A stretch of 64,000 nucleotides of DNA from Auanema rhodensis. Its lineage: Eukaryota; Animalia; Nematoda. The translations under genes and the position numbers were made by a program. The DNA lies in the NCBI GenBank assembly GCA_964057225.1, contig OZ059896.1, forward strand, positions 434,001 to 498,000, in the 5' to 3' direction. The first letter of the stretch is position 1. The number at the start of each line of letters is the position of its first letter. The notes below the pieces were generated by a model. The model ran no database searches. It worked only from the letters and a program-made list of their open reading frames with translations, and was not told the origin of the DNA. Shown here in pieces: positions 14,129 to 23,000 of this stretch.

Positions 14129-15502
14129 ACCTCATTCCGCGATTTGACCTTATTCCGCGATTTGACCTTATTCCGCGATTTGACCTTATTCCGCGATTTG
14201 ACCTTATTCCGCGATTTGACCTTATTCCGCGATTTGACCTTATTCCGCGATTTGACCTTATTCCGCGATTTGACCTTATTCCGCGATTTGACCTTATTCC
14301 GCGATTTGACCTCATTCCGCGATTTGACCTCATTCCGCGATTTGACCTCATTCCGCGATTTGACCTTATTCCGCGATTTGACCTTATTCCGCGATTTGAC
14401 CTCATTCCGCGATTTGACCTCATTCCGCGATTTGACCTTATTCCGCGATTTGACCTCATTCCGCGATTTGACCTCATTCCGCGATTTGACCTCATTCCGC
14501 GATTTGACCTCATTCCGCGATTTGACCTCATTCCGCGATTTGACCTCATTCCGCGATTTGACCTCATTCCGCGATTTGACCTCATTCCGCGATTTGACCT
14601 CATTCCGCGATTTGACCTCATTCCGCGATTTGACCTCATTCCGCGATTTGACCTCATTCCGCGATTTGACCTCATTCCGCGATTTGACCTCATTCCGCGA
14701 TTTGACCTCATTCCGCGATTTGACCTCATTCCGCGATTTGACCTCATTCCGCGATTTGACCTCATTCCGCGATTTGACCTCATTCCGCGATTTGACCTCA
14801 TTCCGCGATTTGACCTCATTCCGCGATTTGACCTCATTCCGCGATTTGACCTCATTCCGCGATTTGACCTCATTCCGCGATTTGACCTCATTCCGCGATT
14901 TGACCTCATTCCGCGATTTGACCTCATTCCGCGATTTGACCTCATTCCGCGATTTGACCTCATTCCGCGATTTGACCTCATTCCGCGATTTGACCTCATT
15001 CCGCGATTTGACCTCATTCCGCGATTTGACCTCATTCCGCGATTTGACCTCATTCCGCGATTTGACCTCATTCCGCGATTTGACCTCATTCCGCGATTTG
15101 ACCTCATTCCGCGATTTGACCTCATTCCGCGATTTGACCTCATTCCGCGATTTGACCTCATTCCGCGATTTGACCTCATTCCGCGATTTGACCTCATTCC
15201 GCGATTTGACCTCATTCCGCGATTTGACCTCATTCCGCGATTTGACCTCATTCCGCGATTTGACCTCATTCCGCGATTTGACCTCATTCCGCGATTTGAC
15301 CTCATTCCGCGATTTGACCTCATTCCGCGATTTGACCTCATTCCGCGATTTGACCTCATTCCGCGATTTGACCTCATTCCGCGATTTGACCTCATTCCGC
15401 GATTTGACCTCATTCCGCGATTTGACCTCATTCCGCGATTTGACCTCATTCCGCGATTTGACCTCATTCCGCGATTTGACCTCATTCCGCGATTTGACCT
15501 CA
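14127..15502 (+). repeat. 18-bp minisatellite (TGACCTCATTCCGCGATT) x76 plus 8-bp partial, at the 5' end of the LINE
   Basis: 14127-15494 is 1368 bp, i.e. 76 units, followed by TGACCTCA. The only variant is TGACCTTATT..., in copies 2-10, 14, 15 and 18. Confidence 0.98.
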
Positions 15503-15571
15503 CCTTGGTTGGTCGACTCCTGCTCGTGTCTCTCTGTATCCCATAACGCCGGACTGGTTTTGCAAGGTACG

Positions 15572-15689
15572 CTCTCTTTTTTTTTTTTTTTCTTCTCTTC
15601 TTTTATCTTTCTTCAACTTTCTTCTTCTCTTTTTCTTTTCTTCCTGTTATTTCATATATTTTTTTTTCATTTTCTCTGCTCTTTTACTT
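15572..15689 (+). other. Polypyrimidine (T/C) tract in the 5' UTR immediately upstream of ORF1
   Basis: ~120 nt almost entirely T/C, including a long T run, ending a few bases before the ATG at 15694. Confidence 0.85.
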
Positions 15690-15693
15690 AACT

Positions 15694-16761
15694 ATGTCTC
15701 CCGTAACTAACGAGTTTCTTACTACTGCTCTCGAATCACTTTCTGACTCCCTACATAATTCTTTTGCTGAATTATCAGTACAAATAAAAAATGAGCTCAG
15801 TAGTATTAAAACCGCAGTTGCAAAGCATGACTCCCGTATAACTTTTATAGAAACCGATTTCAAATCTCGTTTCGAAAAGTTAGAGAAAAAGTTAGCTCAA
15901 CTTTCTCTCACCAGTACTAACACACTCTTAAATTCACCCTCTTTGCTCTCTTCCTCCAATGTTGCATGTCAAATTCAAAAAATTAGATCAGAAGAGACAA
16001 AGTATGACTATCGATGTAAGAGAGCACTCTGGTTCCGTGTACCGGTCTCTTCCTCGGATTTACCTTCTGACCCTACTTCTTTACTTAAACTGGTCATTGA
16101 AAAATCCAACGACGCTACTTTGTCTAGTCTGATCAACACTAATCAAATAACTATTGCACGCTGTATCCTCAAATCTAAATCTCCCGGTCCACTCATCATC
16201 ACGTGTCCATCGGTTGAATTGCGGGATAAAATTATGACATCTATCAAAACGAATAAAACTAAATGTTTTGAATCTTTATCTAAAACTTTCATACGTCGCG
16301 ACTATCTTCCTTTTGAAATTCAACTGGAAAAGAATCTTCGTGAGGAAGCTAAAGAAAAAAATAAAAACAACACTAAGTCCGTCTTTTTGGTATGAGATCT
16401 CCGACTCATTGAAGTTTTCCGTAATTCTACCGATTCTCCAAATTCCCAAATAGCTCCTGTCCCTGCTTGTAACCAAACTCCCAAATCTCCAAGCCTTCAC
16501 ACTGCTCCTTTATTAACACCACACTCTCAAACACTTGCGTCTCCAATTCTTTTCTCTAGCCCCCCTTGTAAATCTGGTAGACTAAGCCGATCGAAGGATA
16601 GACAGAATCGCACGTCGAAAGATAAGCGTTCTTCTGTTAGCCCAAGACGACGCAAAAATCCACCACGATCTGCAAAGTTAACCTCAGATCAAATAACCAG
16701 GTCTGTTAGCATGAACCCTGCATTTCAACGTGTCGCGTCTGACAAAATGTCCTTTCGTTAA
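15694..16761 (+). pseudogene. LINE ORF1 (355 codons) interrupted by one in-frame TGA at 16393-16395
   Basis: The ORF track stops at 16395 (233 aa), but the same frame stays open for 121 more codons (DLRLIEVFRNSTDSPNS...SPRRRKNPPRS...DKMSFR) to TAA at 16759-16761, overlapping ORF2. Predicted N-terminal coiled coil (LSVQIKNELSSIK...RFEKLEKKLAQL), a FIRRDYLPFEIQLEKNLREEAKEKN helix-like segment and a basic Ser/Pro-rich tail fit a LINE ORF1. Confidence 0.8.
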
Positions 16762-19585
16762 CAATGTCTCGTCCTCAACCCCTCTTGTCTCTGCTAACCC
16801 TACCAGCTTCTCAGTTCAGTGTTTTAATGCACGATCTATCCTAAACAAACTTCATTCACTATCTCACGTTATTTCCCTATCCTCTCCTGATATAATTGCT
16901 ATATCGGAATCTTGGCTTTTTCCAGAGTTCGATTCCTACCTACTCCCGTGCAAAGATACTTACTCTATTTTTAGAGCCGATAGGTGTCTTTCACGTGGTG
17001 GTGGCGTTGTCCTCTATGTGAAAAGTCATGTCAAAGTCTGTCTCCTTTCCTGCTCTTCCCCTCAATCTTCCATACAATTCATTAACTTACTCATTCCTTC
17101 ACTCAATGCTGTTTTTTCACTTTGTTATCGTCCTCCAACAGCGTCTCATTCAGACTTTATTCTTTTTCTTTCTGATCTTCGTAAACAAATTTCTAGACGA
17201 TCGTTCTTTCTAACAGGCGATCTTAATTTCCCCAAAATCAATTGGGATCTCGGTATTTGCTCACAACCTTGCTCCTCTGGTAAATCTATTCTTCAATTTC
17301 TCAATGACTGCTGTTCCTATCAGTTAGTAAAGTTCCCTACCAGAGGCAAGAACATTCTCGATTATGTTATCACGGATAACATATCTAGTGTAGTCAACAT
17401 AGCTCGTTCTTCTCCCCTCGGTTCTTCGGATCATCATTCTGTCGTCTTCCATATTGTTTCAGACACTTTTCAGCTAGCTACTACAATCAACCCTTCCGAT
17501 ATTTCTTCCCCAGCAACACTTCCTATGTTTTCTGATCGTAATTTTCAAGCTGCCGATTACAACCTCATCAACCATAGACTAGCCAACATTGATTTTGCTA
17601 GTCATCTTTCAGGTCTCACTCCTTTAGACTCTTATTCCAAATTTATTCACATCCTCCACTCGGTCATCGATTGCTGCGTACCCAGGAAACAAGAAAGAAG
17701 AAAAAAGAAGATTGACCGAGATATCTTAAAACTCTCTTCTCACATAAACAAACTTAGTTCCTCTTATCATCATCATGATGAATTCCGCCGTAAAAAACTA
17801 TCTCTTTCTCTTGATAAACTCATCAAGAATAGATTGGCTTCTGAAGAGGAACGTATTGCTAACTATAAAAATTCAAAACTTTTTTACCGTTTCTGCAGAA
17901 CTCGTCTGGGCGGCAACACTTCAGATATCCCTGATCTCAAAATAGATAATAATTCTGTCTCGTCTGATTCTGACAAAGCTTCTATCTTTGCCAGTACCTT
18001 CTCTGTTCACCCTCTTCCTATCTCTTCAGCACATGCTCCTCTTTTCCCTTCTTCTGGTATCATCGATTTTATTGATGTGTCCCCTCTCAACGTCTACAAA
18101 ATTCTCTGTCAGTTACCTCTCCGGGTATCAACCTCTCCTGACGGAATCCCTTATTTTTTCCTAAAAAATTGTGCTTCTACTATTTCTCAGCCTCTAGCCT
18201 TTGTCTTTCACAATCTTCTTATTTCCTCCTCTTGCCCTGCTGACTGGAAAACAGCATGGATTCGTCCTGTTCTCAAATCAGGGCTTTCTTCAAACCCGGT
18301 TAATTATCGTCCTATTTCTCTCACATCCAGTCTGTCTAAAGTTTTTGAACGTCTTCTCCGTTCACCTCTTCTTGATTTTGGTATTTCCTCTGGCTGTATT
18401 TCACCTAATCAGTTTGCTTTTCTTCCAAAACGCAATACTGTATCGGCAATTCTTAGTAGTCATGTACTCTGGAGATCTTCAGTGGACAAGAAAAGACCTG
18501 TTTATGTTGCCTTCATTGACTTCTCCAAGGCTTTCGATCTTATAAATCATTCTGTTCTTTTAACTAAACTAAAATCAATTGGTATCGACGGCTGTATTCA
18601 CTCTTTTCTCAAAAATTTCATTACTGATAGATCCTTCTCGGTATTGGTTAATTATTCTCTATCCGCCAAAAATCGTTTGCCCTGTGGAGTTCCACAAGGG
18701 ACAGTTCTGGGTCCACTTCTTTTCTTATTTTACATAAATGACATCACATCAAACTTACCCGTTGACGTGCATCCAACTCTCTATGCGGATGATCTCAAAC
18801 TAAGCAGCACTAATCCTGTAAGTTTACAATTGGCCTTGGATAATCTGAAAAACTGGTGTCTATTAAACGGTATGAAGGTAAATACTACTAAATCTAAAGT
18901 TATGATTATATCTAGCACTACTACATCAAGATTAAACACAATTTTCAAATTTGGCAACATCTCGTTAGCCACAGTAACAACATACAAAGATCTTGGTGTA
19001 TGTACTGACTATAATCTTTCTTTCAATAGCCATATAAATAGAATCTCTAACATCGCTGCTCACAAATGTCGTGTTATCTTGCGTTGTTTTTACTCTAGAT
19101 CACCAACCTTGATGTTTAAACTGTTTTGCTGCTATATCAGGCCTATTTTAGAATATGCCTCAGTTGTATGGTCTCCTCAAAATAACAAGGATAAAGCACG
19201 CATTGAGTCCGTGCAAAAAAAGTTCTTAAACGCTATTTTCAAGAGAGCCGAAATAGCTTTGGATTACAAAAACCAGCTATTGTTTCTTGGAGCTAAGGAA
19301 CTTTCTTTTAGAAGACTATTAATTGATCTCGTCTTCTATCACAATCAGATAACTAAAAACATTCCAGAAAACAGCCTTAATTTTTTTACTATCAAGCACT
19401 ACGCACATTCACTTCGTAGGCACCTATGGAATGTTGAATATCCTGATCTTTGGAGAAGCGAAACAAGAACTGGAATTGAATACAGAGCTATTCAAATCTG
19501 GAACGCTCTTCCTGAAAACATCATTCAACTGAGAAAAACCTCCAGCTTCAGAAAACACCTATCTGTTATTTTAAATGATTTTTAA
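16730..19585 (+). CDS. LINE ORF2: apurinic-like endonuclease plus reverse transcriptase (CR1-like); true start uncertain
   Basis: APE motifs FNARS, ISESWL, GGGV, YRPP, GDLN, PTR..LDYV, SDH. RT motifs PDGI, NYRPISLTS, DFSKAFD, GVPQGTVLGPLLF, YADD (18782-18793), KDLGV. C-terminal RPILEYASVVWSP..IESVQKKF is typical of CR1-group ORF2. 951 uninterrupted codons. The called start is GTG and the first in-frame ATG is at 17525. Confidence 0.96.
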   Translation: MSRLTKCPFVNNVSSSTPLVSANPTSFSVQCFNARSILNKLHSLSHVISLSSPDIIAISESWLFPEFDSYLLPCKDTYSIFRADRCLSRGGGVVLYVKSHVKVCLLSCSSPQSSIQFINLLIPSLNAVFSLCYRPPTASHSDFILFLSDLRKQISRRSFFLTGDLNFPKINWDLGICSQPCSSGKSILQFLNDCCSYQLVKFPTRGKNILDYVITDNISSVVNIARSSPLGSSDHHSVVFHIVSDTFQLATTINPSDISSPATLPMFSDRNFQAADYNLINHRLANIDFASHLSGLTPLDSYSKFIHILHSVIDCCVPRKQERRKKKIDRDILKLSSHINKLSSSYHHHDEFRRKKLSLSLDKLIKNRLASEEERIANYKNSKLFYRFCRTRLGGNTSDIPDLKIDNNSVSSDSDKASIFASTFSVHPLPISSAHAPLFPSSGIIDFIDVSPLNVYKILCQLPLRVSTSPDGIPYFFLKNCASTISQPLAFVFHNLLISSSCPADWKTAWIRPVLKSGLSSNPVNYRPISLTSSLSKVFERLLRSPLLDFGISSGCISPNQFAFLPKRNTVSAILSSHVLWRSSVDKKRPVYVAFIDFSKAFDLINHSVLLTKLKSIGIDGCIHSFLKNFITDRSFSVLVNYSLSAKNRLPCGVPQGTVLGPLLFLFYINDITSNLPVDVHPTLYADDLKLSSTNPVSLQLALDNLKNWCLLNGMKVNTTKSKVMIISSTTTSRLNTIFKFGNISLATVTTYKDLGVCTDYNLSFNSHINRISNIAAHKCRVILRCFYSRSPTLMFKLFCCYIRPILEYASVVWSPQNNKDKARIESVQKKFLNAIFKRAEIALDYKNQLLFLGAKELSFRRLLIDLVFYHNQITKNIPENSLNFFTIKHYAHSLRRHLWNVEYPDLWRSETRTGIEYRAIQIWNALPENIIQLRKTSSFRKHLSVILNDF
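16750..16761 (+). promoter_or_regulatory. Putative +1 programmed ribosomal frameshift site TCC_TTT_CGT_TAA at the ORF1/ORF2 overlap
   Basis: In the ORF1 frame the last codons are TCC TTT CGT TAA. The +1 frame reads TTC GTT AAC AAT (F-V-N-N), which is ORF2. Matches the UCC_UUU_CGU motif. Confidence 0.6.
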
Positions 19586-20076
19586 CCTGCTCTGATTAAT
19601 GTAACTTGAAATCCTCTCATGTATATTTTTTTTTTCCCTATTACTAGCCTCCTAGCCTCACTGTATGTTATAGTTAGACAGTTTCCTAGTTAACCTCCGA
19701 GACCTGTTACTATGCTCCGAATCCTATAGACATTAGTCATATGGATCAAGCGTTAGTTACCTCTTACTGTCAGAACGGGCTCGACTCATGTCAAGGGTTC
19801 CACCGCACCTGTCAGAATAATACAGAGGTCAGTGATCTACACTGAACAAATTTTCTCTCCTCTACCTAACTAGAACTTCGAAACTTTAACACACCAGTAG
19901 TGCTGTACGCTATCATAATAAAAGGAAATATACACGACTCGTTTCTTTACATATATCAAGCCAATTATTATTATGTATGTTTGTATTGTAAGGTTCTTCT
20001 GTATATCTTTAATTTTCTCTATTTATTAACACTATTTCCGCTCTTAACCTGTGATTCGAACAATAAACCCGTTCAA
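19586..20076 (+). other. LINE 3' UTR (~490 nt)
   Basis: Unique sequence between the ORF2 stop and the resumption of the satellite. Confidence 0.85.
20062..20067 (+). terminator. AATAAA polyadenylation-signal-like hexamer at the element 3' end
   Basis: AATAAA lies 9 nt before the 3' junction and is followed by CCCGTTCAA, with no poly(A) tract. Confidence 0.6.
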
Positions 20077-20081
20077 ACGTG
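20077..20081 (+). repeat. Target-site duplication, right copy (ACGTG)
   Basis: ...GTTCAA|ACGTG|TACATTTAATT matches 14124-14128. Confidence 0.8.
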
Positions 20082-23000
20082 TACATTTAATTAGCATAAA
20101 TTAAAGTTCACGTAAATTTCAAAGTCATGGTTACCATGAACCAATATCAATAAAAATTTGTTTTTAGACTAATATGGACATGGGGAATCTAATTTTGAAA
20201 ACCGCATCTCTTTATCTTTCACGTGAAGCGAGTTACATACCAAGTGCACATCACGTGTACATTTAATTAGCATAAATTAAAGTTCACGTAAATTTCAAAG
20301 TCATGGTTACCATGAACCAATATCAATAAAAATTTGTTTTTAGACTAATATGGACATGGGGAATCTAATTTTGGAAACCGCATCTCTTTATCTTTCACGT
20401 GAAGCGAGTTACATACCAAGTGCACATCACGTGTACATTTAATTAGCATAAATTAAAGTTCACGTAAATTTCAAAGTCATGGTTACCATGAACCAATATC
20501 AATAAAAATTTGTTTTTAGACTAATATGGACATGAGGAATCTAATTTTGAAAACCGCATCTCTTCATCTTTCACGTGAAGCGAGTTACATACCAAGTGCA
20601 CATCACGTGTACATTTAATTAGCATAAATTAAAGTTCACGTAAAATTCAAAGTCATGGTTACCATGAACCAATATCAATAAAAATTTGTTTTTAGACTAA
20701 TATGGACATGGGGAATCTAATTTTGAAAACCGCATCTCTTTATCTTTCACGTGAAGCGAGTTACATACCAAGTGCACATCACGTGTACATTTAATTAGCA
20801 TTAATTAAAGTTCACGTAAATTTCAAAGTCATGGTTACCATGAACCAATATCAATAAAAATTTGTTTTTAGACTAATATGGACATGGGGAATCTAATTTT
20901 GGAAACCGCATTTCTTTATCTTTCACGTGAAGCGAGTTACATACCAAGTGCACATCACGTGTACATTTAATTAGCATAAATTAAAGTTCACGTAAAATTC
21001 AAAGTCATGGTTACCATGAACCAATATCAATAAAAATTTGTTTTTAGACTACTATGGACATGGGGAATCTAATTTTGAAAACCGCATCTCTTTATCTTTC
21101 ACGTGAAGCGAGTTACATACCAAGTGCACATCACGTGTACATTTAATTAGCATAAATTAAAGTTCACGTATATTTCAAAGTCTTGGTTACCATGAACTAA
21201 TATCAATATAAATTTGTTTTTAGACTAATATGGACATGGGGAATCTAATTTTGAAAACCGCATCTCTTTATCTTTCACGTGAAGCGAGTTACATACCAAG
21301 TGCACATCACGTGTACATTTAATTAGCATAAATTAAAGTTCACGTAAATTTCAAAGTCATGGTTACCATGAACCAATATCAATAAAAATTTGTTTTTAGA
21401 CTAATATGGACATGGGGAATCTAATTTTGAAAACCGCATCTCTTTATCTTTCACGTGAAGCGAGTTACATACCAAGTGCACATCACGTGTACATTTAATT
21501 AGTATAAATTAAAGTTCACGTAAATTTCAAAGTCATGGTTACCATGAACCAATATCAATAAAAATTTGTTTTTAGACTAATATGGACATGGGGAATCTAA
21601 TTTTGAAAACCGCATCTCTTTATCTTTCACGTGAAGCGAGTTACATACCAAGTGCACATCACTGGTACATTTAATTAGCATAAATTAAAGTTCACGTAAA
21701 TTTCAAAGTCATGGTTACCATGCACCAATATCAATAAAAAGTTGTTTTTAGACTAATATGGACATGGGGAATCTAATTTTGAAAACCGCATCTCTTTATC
21801 TTTCACGTGAAGCGAGTTATATACCAAGTGCACATCACGTGTACATTTAATTAGCATAAATTAAAGTTCACGTTAAATTCAAAGTCATGGTTACCATGAA
21901 CCAATATCAATAAAAATTTGTTTTTAGACTAATATGGACATGGTGAATCTAATTTTGAGAACCGCATCTCTTTATCTTTCACGTGAAGCGAGTTACATAC
22001 CAAGTGCACATCACGTGTACATTTAATTAGCATAAATTAAAGTTCACGTAAATTTCAAAGTCATGGTTACCATGAACCAATATCAATAACAATTTGTTTT
22101 TAGACTAATATGGACATGGGGAATCTAATTTTGAAAACCGCATCTCTTTATCTTTCACGTGAAGCGAGTTACATACCAAGTGCACATCACGTGTACATTT
22201 AATTAGCATAAATTAAAGTTCACGTAAATTTCAAAGTCATGGTTACCATGAACCAATATCAATAAAAATTTGTTTTTAGACTAATATGGACATGGGGAAT
22301 CTAATTTTGAAAACCGCATCTCTTTATCTTTCACGTGAAGCGAGTTACATACCAAGTGCACACCACGTGTACATTTAATTAGCATAAATTAAAGTTCACG
22401 TAAATTTCAAAGTCATGGTTACCATGAACCAATATCAATAAAAATTTGTTTTTAGACTAATATGGACATGAGGAATCTAATTTTGAAAACCGCATCTCTT
22501 CATCTTTCACGTGAAGCGAGTTACATACCAAGTGCACATCACGTGTACATTTAATTAGCATAAATTAAAGTTCACGTAAATTTCAAAGTCATGGTTACCA
22601 TGCACCAATATCAATAAAAATTTGTTTTTAGACTAATATAGACATGGGGAATCTAATTTTGAAAACCGCATCTCTTTATCTTTCACGTGAAGCGAGTTAC
22701 ATACCAAGTGCACATCACGTGTACATTTAATTAGCATAAATTAAAGTTCACGTAAATTTCAAAGTCATGGTTACCATGAAGCAATACCAATAAAAATTTG
22801 TTTTTAGACTAATATGGACATGGGGAATCTAATTTTGAAAACCGCATCTCTTTATCTTTCACGTGAAGCGAGTTACATACCAAGTGCACAACACGTGTAC
22901 ATTTAATTAGCATAAATTAAAGTTCACGTAAAATTCAAAGTCATGGTTACCATGAACCAATATCAATAAAAATTTGTTTTTAGACTAATATAGACATGGG

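Larger units (their letters stand above)
14129..20076 (+). mobile_element. Apparently full-length non-LTR retrotransposon (LINE), CR1-like, inserted in the satellite
   Basis: Order is 5' repeat/UTR, ORF1, APE+RT ORF2, 3' UTR with AATAAA. Flanked by an ACGTG duplication, and the satellite resumes in register. No LTRs, integrase or RNase H motifs seen. Ends are ambiguous by ~2 nt because of microhomology. Confidence 0.95.

Noticed and set aside
14127-15502. CRISPR array or telomeric repeat interpretation of the 18-bp array
   Set aside because: There are no spacers and no cas genes. The array is internal, bounded by a TSD, and matches no telomere repeat I recognise.
14040-15503. 487-aa - strand ORF with (MRSNRG)n
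   Set aside because: Antisense translation of the same minisatellite, with no non-repeat coding content.
14045-15691. 548-aa + strand ORF with (TSFRDL)n
   Set aside because: It starts at a satellite ATG outside the element and is open only because the 18-bp unit is a multiple of 3 and the T/C tract lacks stops. It is a chimeric artefact, although its stop lies 2 nt before the ORF1 ATG.
16730-19585. Prokaryotic RT system (retron, group II intron, DGR)
   Set aside because: The N-terminal APE endonuclease, CR1-type C-terminus, TSD and satellite context identify a eukaryotic LINE.
19825-19831. GAGGTCA in the 3' UTR complementary to TGACCTC of the 18-bp unit (possible internal template for repeat synthesis)
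   Set aside because: Only 7 of 18 nt match and the match does not extend, so it is compatible with chance.
16268-20094. Small ORFs 16268-16453, 16276-16500(-), 17028-17213, 18201-18545, 18781-18987(-), 19900-20094
   Set aside because: Alternate-frame or antisense shadows of ORF1, ORF2 or the AT-rich UTR, mostly with non-ATG starts and no recognisable motifs.
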